From Epiperipatus broadwayi (taxonomy: Eukaryota; Animalia; Onychophora), in the NCBI GenBank assembly GCA_028023455.1, contig JAQFVV010000010.1, positions 14,880,001 through 14,944,000 of the forward strand: a DNA stretch of 64,000 nt, written 5' to 3'. The notes beneath the pieces were generated by a model that saw only the letters and a list, made by a program, of their open reading frames with translations, ran no database searches and was not told the DNA's origin. How positions within the stretch are numbered: position 1 is the first letter of the stretch; each line of letters begins with the position of its first letter. A program made the translations under genes and the position numbers. Shown here in pieces: positions 27,001 to 40,432 of the stretch.

Positions 27001-28224
27001 ATAATTATGAATTGTGGTACTTAATACAATTCAATTCATTTTTCCAATTTTAAAGCTTTCCTATAAATGATAATGGTCTTTTTACATCATTAAGAAGTAA
27101 AAATGTGTACTAATGATTCCAACGAATATCACTTTTTATTTTAAATTTTTACATATGACTTGTTTTCTCTTGTGGACTTTTATGAATAATGTCCCGGATG
27201 TTTTAATGCAGTGATAATCCTGTCTGTACTCAGTTCAGTCACTACTGTTGCTCAGACTTATCATTTGATTCCTTTTCTTTATTTTTATGAATAACATAAA
27301 TTTAATAAAAGTTTATGTGTATTTAAATGCAAATAGCAAAACAGTTATGGCATAAATAGAATAAATATTTACATTTTAATATGTTATATTTCATCAGCAG
27401 TTTTGTTTGGCTGTTATATTCCATTTAAGATGTACGGCGTCTTAAAAAATAACTTCCTACCTCATAACTTGTTTCTCGACTAGCTGTATCTGATATAATT
27501 CTAGTTTAATCAGAAATTGGAATTTTTGAAAAACATGAAATCCCATTACTCCATTAAACTCTAAGTCTGGCCCACACCTTAATTTTTGGGTCAGAATTGA
27601 AACCTTGGCATCTGCATGAATTAATAATTGTTGAAAGGCAAAGAGAGAGAGAGAGAGAAAAGTGTAACACGCGACAATTTTAGCCTTGTTATTTGTTTTT
27701 CTTTGTTAAATTATCAGCTGTTGATTATTTTTACAAAGAAAAACAAATTCTTTTCCTTGTCTAAAAAATTTTTTTTATATTTTAAAATAATTTCTTCAGA
27801 ATTTGATATCCCCATTTATCTTCTTGGATTATTAGTGAGTTTTATTCCTTTTTTCTTTTCTTCTATGATTAATGACTATATTTGACAAGATTTCAGAAGA
27901 GGAATTTTTAATAGTTTCAAAAAGAAATAAAAGTTAAAAAAGAAAATATATATATGTGTATTAATTGGTTTTAAATTTACAAGGTAGTATTTTATTGACA
28001 AAGCTTAGTCTAGCAAGCATATTTGAAATTCTTGCAGCTTGAAGCAGTTTTAACTAGCTAGAAAATATTAGCTACTTTTACATTTGATATTTAAGAATAA
28101 CATGTATATACATCTCCCTTGAAATGTTATTTTTAAATATCAGTGTGTGTTTGCAAGAAATTGAAAAGATTTTATTTAAAGACCAAGTCCATAAATTACG
28201 GAAAATATTTTTATTTTTCTTGTC

Positions 28225-28414
28225 AAACCATTAAGCATCACATGATCACTATCTCAAATCCAAAGCTCCTCACTGACGAAGGCCACAAGCCAGAAACTAG
28301 TCTGGGGATATTGGATGAGTAGGCATTAGATAGGGATTTTATGCATAAGCCTTCTGGCATCCTTTGATTACTCTGGTTGGCACAGGGTGGCACTACTGTA
28401 TAGATAGTTTTGCC
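28225..28414 (+). mobile_element. HHR repeat family B copy with inverted 5' piece
   Basis: Inverted fragment 28225-28249, then forward unit with HHR. Confidence 0.8.
28267..28308 (+). ncRNA. Type-I hammerhead ribozyme (family B)
   Basis: TCCTCA-CTGACGA-A-GGC-cacaa-GCC-A-GAAA-CTAG-TC-TGGGGA; palindrome ACTAGT; A.A mismatch at the base of helix II. Confidence 0.75.
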
Positions 28415-28479
28415 TTGTTTGTTTTTCTTGTCCAGTAAGTGCATCTATAATAATAATAATAGTTAAATGGCCTTACTAT

Positions 28480-29860
28480 TCAGGAATTCATAAGAGTTCT
28501 ACCATGGAAAGTAACATATCTAGACCATACATGGCCCTTGAGCTGCAGAATCGGTTATTCTATTATTGCAGCAAATACCTCTTTAATAAAATTGTGCCAC
28601 GTTTGTTTGCAAATGTGAAAATTCATAAAGAGAATGCTCCATCAAGATTAATGATGGATTTTGGGAGTTGTTAGTATAAGAAAGAATCGCAATTGATTGC
28701 AAAGTTTGTTACAGGAGTTGATAGGATTCGACGTTTGAGTTTGTTCAGATATTGAAGTCTGCCGAGGTTGTTAATAATTTTTATAAGGCCCCATTGGATA
28801 TTTGTGAGTTCAGTGCACCATGATAAATCTATAAATATAGTTAAAAAAACTTTTGTTAGATTATAATATAGACATTTATAAAGCTAGATTTATTATAGAA
28901 GTATTAGAATATATTAATGGTGATATTACTGCAAGATATGGAAAGGATTGTTATCAAACGAAGAATGGTTAGCAGATGAGGTTGGCAGTAAGTGGTTTAG
29001 TGTGTAGTTTGTACATTTCAGAAATGGGGAAATATATTGTAGAGCCATTTATAAAGAGTAATTGTGATTTAGTGTTTAAAAGATATATTGATGTGCTTGT
29101 ATATGGATCAAAAGATATGACAGAAAATATGTTTAATAAATTAAATGTGAGTTCTGGTTTATAATTTGAGTATCCATGGAGTTTTAAAATATTTGGATGT
29201 GAATGTATATAGCTTCTATAATGTCTTTGGGTATAATATGATTGTTAAATCATTAAATGTGAAGGGTTTTATACACCCATCATATTCCTTTAAATTACAA
29301 AATAGTTGGATTAAAATTTTTTATATCGTCATTTGTTTCTTTGTAAATTTGAAGCAGATAGGAAAAGAAATATTGAGAGATATATTGATGACTTCATAAG
29401 TGTAGGATACAGGAAAATAATATTATACTGGCAATTGAAGTTATTTTATAGTAAAATGAAATTTAAACAAAAAGTAGATGTAAGAAATAAAATAGACAAA
29501 AAGTGGATTTCTTTAGCGTATGTCCATCTACAAGTATGAAGTTAAAAAGTATAATTGGTAAAGATTTTAATATAGGATTCTGTTCACCTTTGTGTGTAAA
29601 TAAACTAATAAATAATTCAAAGGAGAGTGCTGAAGAAATGAATAAGTATGAAGTGGTTTATTCAATTGCCTGCAGTGAAATTGGTTATAATGCTACTTAT
29701 TACAATGAAACAAAGGCTAAAGTTATCAATAGCATGTATATCAATGTAAAAAATCTAAAACTGATTCGCAAGTTTATTCTGTTTTTTTTTTCAATCATGA
29801 AAGTATTTATGGGCATAAGTTTTATCTTCACATTATTAGTACTATTTGCAATGAATTGAA
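28480..29860 (+). pseudogene. Decayed Penelope-like element ORF (RT plus GIY-YIG)
   Basis: Ordered motifs VPRLFANVKIHKE (~28594), QMRLAVSGLVCSLY, KRYIDV, KYLDV, FIHPS, then VVYSIACSE..ATYY; many stops. Confidence 0.8.
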
Positions 29861-30514
29861 TGATAAAAAGAGGAAGTTGAAAGAGGCTTAGTTCATTGCT
29901 AAGTCTAATAATGTTGTCAATCAGCTTAATACTAGTATTCTACTGAGCATGCACTGGAATATTAATCATTCAGTTTCCAATGTGTCCACACACAGTACCG
30001 AAAGTGCTAGGCAAAATAGTATTATTGTTTTGAATATTTTCTACTCTAGTTGTCACATTTTATAAGTGCACAATAATATACATTATACTAAAAGCAAAAT
30101 TTTAATGTTAATGCAAAATGTGTTATTTTTGTCAATAATCAATTTTTTTAGTGGTGGTTTGTCCCAAAAATTGCTTAAATTGCCCTTTTTTTACATTTTC
30201 TTTTCAAAATTTGATATATTTATTCAAATAATTTAAAAAAAAAAAACTAAATATTTTCTTTTAAAATTTGTCACTTCATATATATATATCAATATCTTCT
30301 TTATTCATTCCTACATTTTGGTACATAACTATGGTTATTATCAGGGCAATTTATAATGAATAAATAAAATGTATTATAAACCATTATACAAATTAAATAT
30401 TTCAATACAAAACATATTAAACCCAAAATAAAAATATCTTTATATATCCATTTAATAGAATCATTATTAATATATCATTTATGTAAATAAACTTAATTAG
30501 TTATTAGTATTCAA

Positions 30515-30900
30515 ATATTCTTTACGTGGATGATATTGCAGTCTTTCTTATAACAAAGAAATTCCGATACTAGTAAAAATCATGAAGGAATTTATCAACT
30601 CACATGAATTTAATCTTGACAAATCTTGTGCATGGTACATATACAAAAATAAATTATATACCAACACATTTTTTGGCTTACTCACTACATATTTAGGTTT
30701 TTCTTTATATCTGAACTATATGGCTATGCAATTGCAAATACAAGGTAAATTGTTGCAATCAACAGAACACCTAATAATGTGTATGTATATGTTTAAATTC
30801 ACATACAGATATATATATAATTGCAAAAACTTATATCAAGAAAAGTAATAAGTTAAAAATATTACAGAACTTGAAAAGATTTATTTTTTTAAAGTAGAAA
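30515..30900 (+). pseudogene. Non-LTR RT remnant, L1/Tx1-like
   Basis: YVDDIAVF, FNLDKS, TYLGFSL in RT domain 5-7 order, with a frameshift. Confidence 0.6.
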
Positions 30901-32929
30901 TTAAAAACTATAGTCTTTAGATTAGAAAAAGATTAATTTCTGATATGAACAATAAACTAATTAATAAGAGTAGAATAAGTCGTTATTCAAATGAAACAAA
31001 TTAAGGAATTCGACTTAGATTCCTTTTTAAGATAACAACAATCTACAAATAACTAATTAATTAAAAAGAAAGATAATACTAAAATTCCTATGGAACATTG
31101 AAAGGAAGAATCACCTGATCAGATGTGCAGAGGACTAACCAATCATTTGCAGGGATTCATAAATAATGAACTGCCTTTTATACTAATCGGATGAAGGACA
31201 CTTGATTCTTGGAGTTTTGTCTCTATAGACTGATATATAGTGGAGCAGGATGTCTTCCCTTGCACAGTGACTTCAAGTGCGGAAAGCTGGCCTCCAAACA
31301 TGAGAACAGTCAGTATAGGACTTTTAAAGGTCGTATTGATCTTAATTATTATTTGTATATGCCTTCAGGCCTTATAATGTAAGTAATTTTGTATATATTA
31401 TTAGTTAAACGCTTTAAAGGATCGTATATTAAAATTTATCTAATATTAACTGTTAGTCATTATTTGCACTCTTGGAAGTGCATCCTATCATAACTAGGCA
31501 TAGCACCTAATATAATTTTCAAAGACACACCTTTTACTTTATTCTAAAGTAGCTGTTATCAACATGCTTATCACAAAGATGACATACTACTTACCTGTCA
31601 TAATTTTTACAATCATTCATCCCAAATGTTTATTTACTGTGCAGAAAGCTTTTGTGGGGAAAGAAAACAGTTTCAGAAAATTACACTTTCCTAATATTCA
31701 AAATGGATTAAGACTACACTCAATTTACATATATAGAGTTTAAAAATTTATTAACTTTATGTCAGCCATAATAAGATTATTTTCACATCATGATATGATA
31801 CTTAATATAACACCAACAGACAGGCCTCTTCCATACCCAAACATCTTCAAACAATTATAGTATCAATTAACTTAATGTCAAATAGTATGATAACATTTCA
31901 ACAACAGAAATGGCAGTATTGAAAAAGGGGCTGACTCTCCAATGCTTGGCATTAATAATAGGCAAGTGATAAAATATAAGTATTGGACTCTTGAGCCAAA
32001 ATATTTTGATTTCATCTTCAAAATAAATGTGGTCTTTGCCTACATTATACTTTTTGAGATATAAGAAAAATCTTGTTAACACAGAAACTATATGTCAATT
32101 ATGTCTCCAGGAAGAAAATTAAAACATCTTTTTTTTTAAGTGTTGTAATGTACTAGATGCTGGTCATACATCACAAAAAATAATTTGGAAAAATAATAGT
32201 ACAATTCAGTCAGTAATTAACTTTTTTCCAAAAGCTTGCTTTGTAAAAATAAGGACCATCACATTCATACTTTATGCTCTGCGGTGCACAAGATGCTTAT
32301 TTTTTCACAACACTGATACAAGAAGACATCTAAACATATTTTAAAACAAACCAACAACCATTAAACAGAGACATAAAATTACTCCTCCAGATATATTTGC
32401 AGCTACATCGTCACTTATTCATCAATGCTTTAATCTATAGTGAAGTGCTCTAACTATAATTTCTCAATATCTTTATTTTTTGTCTGGTATATTCATTACT
32501 CTAATATATGCTTAACAATATGCAGTGGTTTATTTTTTTTAATTCTAACAAAATTGTAAATATGTAAAGTTTTTATATTGTGGGTGTACAAAACAAGTTT
32601 TTTAAAGAAAATGTTGATATTGTTATGTATATATTTATTAAATGTTCTACTTTTGTTGTCATTATTGTTGTTTTAAAGATGTAGAAAATAGAGAACAAAA
32701 CATTATTTCTTGTGTTTAATGCTTTTTGTTGGTAGTGATAATATCTAACATGCATTTACTATTTTTTTTAATATGACTTTATTTATTTTACTTTTTGTGG
32801 ATGTTAAGAAAATATATCTTAAAGTGTCTTACATAGTGCACATTTGCCTATTAAATATTGAATACTTAAAAATTGGGCTGCTTTAGAATTAGTAAATATT
32901 TAAATATAAGTATATTGTCTATCCAGAAC

Positions 32930-33353
32930 TAATCTAATTTAGAAGGAATTTGAACTCAGACTTTCATGCTTCTTACAGCTATCTACTCCATCTTTTACAA
33001 CTGATACATATGACCACATTGATTTAAAGTCAACATGGGTATAACATTAATATGGATATCAGCAAGGGCTTTGGGCATTCCATCATCAGATATTCTGTGA
33101 TATGGATGACTCATGTTGGAAGGTGAAGAAGATTGAAGCCTGTCCATTAAAGTATGGAGATATGAACACTGATTATATCTGTGGGAAATGATCTGGACCG
33201 ACTGGTGATCATCAATTCAGCATGAAATACATATATTGGAGATCATTTATCTTTTTTATGTGTATGTGGTCATGTGTATCATTTATATAACATGGAGTAG
33301 ATAGTTGTAGGGAGCTTGAAAATCAAAGTTCAAATCCCTTCTAAATTAAATTG
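32930..33353 (+). mobile_element. HHR repeat family A, subfamily A2, with inverted 5' arm
   Basis: Inverted arm ~32930-33021; forward part with degenerate HHR 33197-33240 (CTGGTGA); 3' end shared with the 59550-60088 copy. Confidence 0.7.
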
Positions 33354-34799
33354 GTAAACATTTAAATAAAATTAAATAGTCTGTACATATTCTCATTGTG
33401 ATTTATAAAACTATATACAAAGAGAGAGAAAGAGGTTGCTAATGATTTATGGGGAAATATCTATTCATTACTTTAATTTGAAAATGGTAAAAACTGAATC
33501 CTTCATCTGAAATTATTAATCAATATTTATACATACAGAAAACTCCCATTTTAATATAAATCCTTATAATGAACTTCAAATAATGGCATTTTTGGGAGTT
33601 TTGAAATGTCATTAGTTTTATTTACTCATTTTTTTTTGTTATTTAGAAATTTTTTATTTGTAATGCAAAAATATTAAGATTATGTATGTAGGCAGAGAGT
33701 AATAAAAGTGTTTTTTGTTTTTTCACATTAATTGAGTATTATAAATACTCTAAATATTTCCTTGGCTTGGATATCTGAAATAAAGTATAATATTATAAAG
33801 TAAATGATATTTTATACTTATATTTAATGATTTCCATTGCATAATTCACATAATCATTTTTGTTTCTCAAAATAGTTTACAATTACAGTAACTAAATTTT
33901 ACAATACTGTACAATGATTGTAATTTTTGCCACAAGCAAAATACTATTAATAAGAATTTTAATTTATCAAAGTGAGTGAATATATAGTTTTTAAGCTAAT
34001 GTATACATTTTAAAATATAATATTAATACATATGGTTGTTGTACATCATCAAAAATAGGCTTTTGATTTGGTAGTTAAACTTTACTTTTGATATGTTATT
34101 AATGAATGTATTGACTGTCTTGCAAGAATACAAGTCTGTATATCAGACAATTTATAATTTCATTTATATATTTTTAGATACTTATTTATATATTTTTTTA
34201 AAATAACAATTTATTTAAACAATGATACAACTTTATACAATGATGATGACATGAATACAAGCAATGTCCATAGCTAAATGAAAAGTGAATACATACATGA
34301 TTGCTGGATCAACGCTTCAGTAGAATTCTAGATTGGGCCATACTTTGCCCCAGTTGAACAATTATGCATGCCCCTTTGAGTGTTGAAAGGCGCATCAAAA
34401 TCTATAAGTTTAAGTTTAAAATCAAGATGCGAAACAGAGACCAAGCGGGCTGGGAGAACGCTGACAAGGTCAGCGATTCCCTCCCAATTCATCAGTCTAT
34501 GCTCGATTTAGTTTTATCATGGTAACTTTTAAATATTTAGAATAAAAGAAAAAATTGTTAGATTTTTTAAACATTTTTTTCTCTAAAAGATTATAAATAA
34601 TGGAAGTGATTTTAATAATCAGTCTATTTCTAAAGGAAAGTTTTTTTAAAAAGACAAACATTCTCTGAATTTTTTGTTGCTTTTGTGTGGACAAACCATT
34701 CTTAACTGTAATCTTTTTTTGTTACACCTTCTATCTAGCAATCTTCAATTAATACTGCATTTAATGCTAAATTTAAATGGAACAATATTCTGATCACCA

Positions 34800-34980
34800 G
34801 ATAAGATGCCTGCAAAAAGAAAGAGCTATTCAGCGAACACAAGAAAAGAATTGTGGGAGCTTACAAGGTAAGAATCTTACAGCTTTCCCTAAAGAGAAGT
34901 ACTTGAATAAATATACATTTTTCTCCATAAAAGAATATGACATCCCCTGAAAATAAGCCCTATTTTCAGGGAGACATGGT
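34800..34980 (+). mobile_element. Tc2/pogo-like non-autonomous remnant
   Basis: MPAKRKSYSA-like start and right end ...AAAATAAGCCCTATTTTCAGGGAGACATGGTA, resembling Tc2/Kanga termini. Confidence 0.4.
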
Positions 34981-35594
34981 ATAATGCGAAAAATTGTATT
35001 GTATTGCCTTGAATGTTTTATTGTGAATCTGTTAATAACATTGTCATATTTTATTCTTTTTTGTGAATTCTGATTCAGTAGATAAAATTGCTAATGAAGA
35101 GATTCCGTCTTGATTTATGCTGATTTCACATGACCAGAACATTGTGAAATAATTATACTTGGTGAAAAATCTACGTTACCTCACAACTAGTGCTTCTACA
35201 AATGTATTACTTGGCAGAAAAAAAAGGAAATGTAATTACATTAAACAAGCAATAAAACATTTTATTATTTGGTTTTCACCCAAAGTGTATATCATGCTGG
35301 CGCAGGGCATTGATAAATGTGGGATTTAGTGTGGTTACAGTATTCACACTGCCCTTGAGCCAGCCCTGATTATGTAACTTGTATTGTTTTCTATAAATTT
35401 GAATTAAAACCTGCAATTATTAATTATGAGACCTTTTTAATGATTATATGATTTATTGTTTTGATCTTTGTATTTTTGTCTTCACAATTAATAAAAAAGG
35501 AAAAAAAAATTGTTGAGAAAACTTTTTTTAAAAGTCAAAACTATGAGTCTAAAATTGAAAACACAATAATATTTTCAAACCATGCTCATTAGCT

Positions 35595-35927
35595 TATATA
35601 ATCATATAGGTCTGAACTCAGTTCAGTACCTATACATTTTGGTGTCTTTGTTTCTTTAATAACCATAGCCACCATTATCCTGTTGGGCAGGATTGGTATT
35701 AAACCACTAAACATCACATGATCACCCTTACTTATGTTTGAAATTAGTCTGGAGATATTGGATAAGTAGGCAATAGATAGGCATTTTATGCACAAGCTTT
35801 CTGACATCCATTGATTATTCTGGCTTGCACTGAGTGACACTACTGTATGGAGAGTTTTGCCTATTTTAATAACAGTTATGAGCAAGCATAAGTAATGGTG
35901 ATCATGTGATGTTTAATGGTTTAATAC
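35595..35927. mobile_element. HHR repeat family B, inverted pair spanning the monomer junction
   Basis: Minus arm ~35595-35736; plus arm 35740-35927 begins at GAAA-TTAG-TC (3' half of the HHR). Confidence 0.8.
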
Positions 35928-37289
35928 TTGAATTTCTTTATCCTATATTCTTCAGGACAGTAAACAATTGATCTTCCTTGGACTGCAGTTAACTGTAGAC
36001 AGTTTAATTATGCATGATGCATTATATTATGCAAATAACCTTCTTTATTTTTTCATCGGATTTCTTAATTTTTTCCTTTTATAAAACAAGTCTAAATAAC
36101 ATTTTCCAATTATTGTTTTCATTTATTTAGTATACCTTTTATTAATGTGTATCATATATACATGTGTGCAAGTGCTCACACACATGCTTTTTTCTTTAAA
36201 TCTTGTTACAGAACCTTTAAATTGCTGGTTACTATGGTTACAATATATATATATGGTTTTTACATGCTCAGATAATTTTAATATTTTCATTTTGGAAATA
36301 ATTGCAAGTAATTTATCACAGCTTCTTGTACAGGTTACCATTGTCATTGCTCGAGTTTTACGGAGACTAGGACTCCAGTTTTCGCTGTTTCAGGCTCCCT
36401 GTTCTATTCACCAAAGTCATAGTCCATTGTTGGATTCATAAAAAAAAAGTTTACCAAAATGTAAATGAATCTGTTTTATTGTTTTTTCATCTTTAGAAGA
36501 AATTTTGAAACAGTTTTCATTCAATGATAATTGAAATTATCTATCGTTCCGTTTTATGCAAATGGATGCCATTAGAAAGATTAAGCTAACTTAAATATTA
36601 TTATTCTTGGAATCTTTAAAATATTATAATCCTTTTAAAAATAATATTAAATGAAACCAAATGTTTCTAAAAAGAATAGACACTAGAAATCGTAATTTTA
36701 TTAATACAATAAACAGGAAATTCATTGCACATCAAATCTCATAGAAAACATGGAATATAATATGTTAGCAATGATGGTTTTAGGAATTTTATCTTTGCAT
36801 CAGATTTTAGCAGTGTTAAACAAGTTTCAATTCTTAATTCGATCTCAATTTTGGAATTGAACATTATAGAAAATAACCTAAGCTATCGCCCTGCACAAAA
36901 ATCAGGTTTCTCCGATGATCAAGACAGAAGTTATCACACACACCCTTTTCCGGTGGATTGCCCCCCCCCCCCCCAAAAAAAAAAATCAATAAATAAAATT
37001 TTTTCAAATCATCACAGAACTACAATGAAGTGATTCCTGAGCTAAAAAATAATGATCTAAAGACAAAAATGAATATAAATGATGTTTTAGACCTAAACAG
37101 AAACTTTGAAGCTACAAATTAATCATACTTTTTAAGCAAAAATTATTGAGAATTTTCCAAAGTTTAACAACAAACTTTCAGATTATACTTGAATCATTCA
37201 TTACTAATCAAGACCTAAAATTCAATCAAAAGAAGCAGGATCCAACTAGTATCAAACAAATAAAAATCATTGTGAACCCTGAAGGACTT

Positions 37290-38300
37290 TGGTTGGTGGG
37301 TTTAGCAGCTGCTGTGAACATTTGCAGACACAAGAGTCTGATGATGATCAAGGGTGGATGTTCAGCTCCATTGACCTCAGTGTACAAGATGATATGGACA
37401 AATGATTTATTCTCATGGTGTGCAAGTAAATCCGGCTTGATTTCAAGACTACATGAATTAAATGTTGTATTGGTGGGTGTGAGTTTGCACTCCTTTTCCT
37501 CAAGTGTGGTGATAGTGGTCATAAGGGGCTTGGTTCATTTGAGGGGATGGTTGACGATGATTGTCTAGCCTGGGAATACCTTCCGGGAGAGTGAAAGTCA
37601 CTACCTTCACATGGACTTTGCCATGAAAGGCTACTGCACCCCTTGATGGATTATTTGATAGGTCTGTGTTGATTTGCATTCACTATCATTAGGTTTTATT
37701 TGTTAGCTTTAAATTTAGTGCATTTGTAAAGCAGTTGGTCTGTTTTGAGCCACCACCATTTTTTTTTGTAACATTGATGGAGTTCTGTTTTGTGGGCATG
37801 GGTCTGCACTCCCCTCTTTTTCTTCAGGGGTGGCTGGTTGTAGACATTAAGTATCTGGTTTATGGTGTGGGCTGTTAACAATTTTGCCACTGCCCAGAAC
37901 ACCTGCCGGGGGGCTACGTGGTCAAAGTCGGGGCTATTCCTGCTCTGGTTGGCTGCTGTGTCCCCAGGTAGGCTGGTTTTGGGCAGTGTTGATCTGGCTC
38001 TTTACTTATTACTTCTTAGTTTTTACCCAAGTTGGCTTTCCAATTTTGGGCAGGTAGGACCGCATTGTGGTCCCTGCTCATTTGGACTGCTAATTGGGAG
38101 GCAGAGGTATTCAGAATGGTCTTGACATGGCTCGGCTGTGGTTCTAGAGTTTATTGCTTGCTGAACTTGGGCCTTGGACCTCACTGCCTGTTGTGGTGGT
38201 TGGCACAATGCTGCATTTCACCTATTCAGCTGAAGCATTTGAGTCTTTGCTTTGGGGCCCCAGGACCATTGGGTGGTGGTTAACTTCTCGACAGCCGGGC
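37290..38300 (-). pseudogene. LINE AP-endonuclease region remnant (R1/I/Jockey-like)
   Basis: GC-richer block; minus strand QMLQLN...AEP, ILNVYNQPP, DHYHHT in APE order; frameshifted. Confidence 0.55.
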
Positions 38301-39089
38301 CATGTGGATCCACGTACAGATACACATTAATCACATTATAGCAATTTTTATGGATGTAATTATTTTTGAACTTATGTACATTTCACCTTGTTACATTGAA
38401 TCACTGGGTAATCCTCAATGGGTAAGTGTACCCAAAATTTTTGTAATCTTTTATTAATAAAGGTTACTTTGAAAGAAAAAAAAAAAAATTAATTAGAAGT
38501 GTTATTACTACTTGTGCAAAAATGATTTACTTTTATATTTCTTTATTAATTGTGAAATTGTGTAGAAATTCTATTGGAAAAAAAAAAAAAAAGCAAAAGC
38601 AATTTAAATGGAAATTTGGCAAGAATTTACTTTTCTGGATATATAAAAAGAATTCCAATACATATAGTGTGGTAGACATCTTAGATGTGAAAAGCTAAAT
38701 TATCAGTTTAGTTTACTAACAATGAAAATATTGTGCTGCAGAAATTTTAAAAAAATATTTTTGTAGGTATGTATAATACAGCAATTTTAGCCATGATAAA
38801 AATGGAATTTGAAAGCTGATTATTGTTGATGTCAAAAAAGAACCAATTTTGAAGGGAAAATATGGTAAAAATAGTAGAAATCTATTGTCTAAATGTAAAA
38901 TAATTAAATCAGTAAAAGACATTGACTGAAAATGCAAATGTTATAACTGCCAATGTTATAATATAGAAGCTGTTTTCATAACATTTTACCTTTAAGGAAC
39001 GACAGACATTTTTGTCTTGTTTTGTGAGCTTAATAGTTTTTCTTCAATTTATTTTTTCTTTATCAATTTTTTTTTTCATTCTTAAATTA

Positions 39090-39780
39090 TATACTTTTTA
39101 GACATTCATTGACTTCAGGTTTGGTTGAAAAGGTAACCAATTAATAAAAATTGCAAATAACCATAGAAAGATTTGCACTAACAAGTGCAGGGTTAGTTTT
39201 AGAATGCCGTCTTCTCTTAACAATTTGTTGAACGATACCAAAGACAAAATACTTTGTAGAGCATGCTCATCAGGTAGTTTATAAAGTTGAATATTCTAAC
39301 CTATCCTGCATCTCTGTATATTATGGAGAATCTCATGTAAATAGAGCCACGAGAATTACTCAACACACAAATCTGCACAATAGAGCTAAACAAAAGACTG
39401 AATATCTATCTATCTTTCTTGACCATGAACATGCCACAGTCATACTTTTGCTCATCAATGTTAGAATGGTTTGCTTCGAAAAAGACCATAGGAAAAGAAA
39501 GTACAAAAAGGCTTGGGCAATTGCAAAGGATCCACATTCCATCAACAAAAAGGATTGGTATATTCTATTATCTGGAAAATGGAATATCTAATTGCCTTAT
39601 TTGCATATTGTGCCTCATTTACATATTATATAGGCTTACCTGTACTGCATAATTTTATTTAGCACTATGATTTTGTCAGTGGTTTGCTGAAATCTATCTC
39701 ATTGCTATTAATTAGTTTATATTTATTAATTTGTTACCTTTTCAACCAAACTCAAGGTCAACAAGTGTTTAAAAGTTACA
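39090..39780 (+). mobile_element. 5'-truncated Penelope-like element with inverted terminal arm
   Basis: Inverted arms ~39095-39150 and ~39720-39775 enclose a GIY-YIG region and a very degenerate HHR (~39660-39707). Confidence 0.8.
39160..39591 (+). pseudogene. PLE RT C-terminus plus GIY-YIG endonuclease (one frameshift)
   Basis: VSFRMPSSLNNLLNDTKDK, then open frame 39232-39591: VVYKVEYSNLSCISVYYGES...RITQH...HEH...RKRKYKKAWAIAKDPHSINKKDWYILLSGKW*. Confidence 0.85.
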
Positions 39781-39864
39781 TAGTTTATTGAAAAGAGTTA
39801 ATAAGTTGAGATATATTTAAATTGTTCAAATATTAATTTTAATTATGTCAGAAAAAGTATTAAC

Positions 39865-40190
39865 AAAAATTTGATCATTATTGAAATGTAAAAACAGATC
39901 AGATTTATAAAAGAAAGTAATAAAATGCTCTGAGATTTATGTTCTCAATATGGTATGGCTAAATCAATAATCTGCACCCTTTTAAAAAATAAATTTAAAA
40001 AAACACAGACAGTGAAAAGGATTTCCAGATTAAGCAATATATGTTGTAACATCATCCAACAAATGGAAACTGATTTACTAATATTGATTAATCAAAAGAA
40101 AATGGCAAATGATAGCATCAGTGAGGTGATCATTTGGGAAAAGGCCAAGCAATTCTTTGAAAATAAGTTGGAATTAAATTTTCCCTGAAA
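39865..40190 (+). pseudogene. Tigger/pogo transposase CENP-B-type HTH fragment
   Basis: QYGMAKSIICTLLKNK...METDLLILINQKKMANDSISEVIIWEKAKQFF. Confidence 0.8.
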
Positions 40191-40289
40191 TTGTACTGTG
40201 CAGTATATACAACAATCTTATATTTAATTTTTCATTTAAACTTTGATTTAGTATTATATTTTTCTATTCAAATGGTTGATAGTAACTAC

Positions 40290-40432
40290 ATGATTGCTGG
40301 TTTAGCATGAAATACGCATATTGGTGATTAAATATCTTTTCGACATATATGTGTTCAAGTATATCAGTGTTTTAAGATGGAGTGGAGAGTGAGGGGTCAT
40401 GTGGAAGTCCGTGCTCATATACCCTATATATG
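40290..40432 (+). mobile_element. HHR repeat family A, 5'-truncated within the HHR core
   Basis: Begins at ATGA-TTGCTGGTTTAGCAT-GAAA-TACGCAT-A-TTGGT and continues to the family CCCTA end. Confidence 0.75.

Noticed and set aside
29940-30015. HHR-like CTGAGCA...CCGAAAGTGCTA after the decayed PLE ORF
   Set aside because: Position 8 is wrong and helix I does not pair; too degenerate to call.
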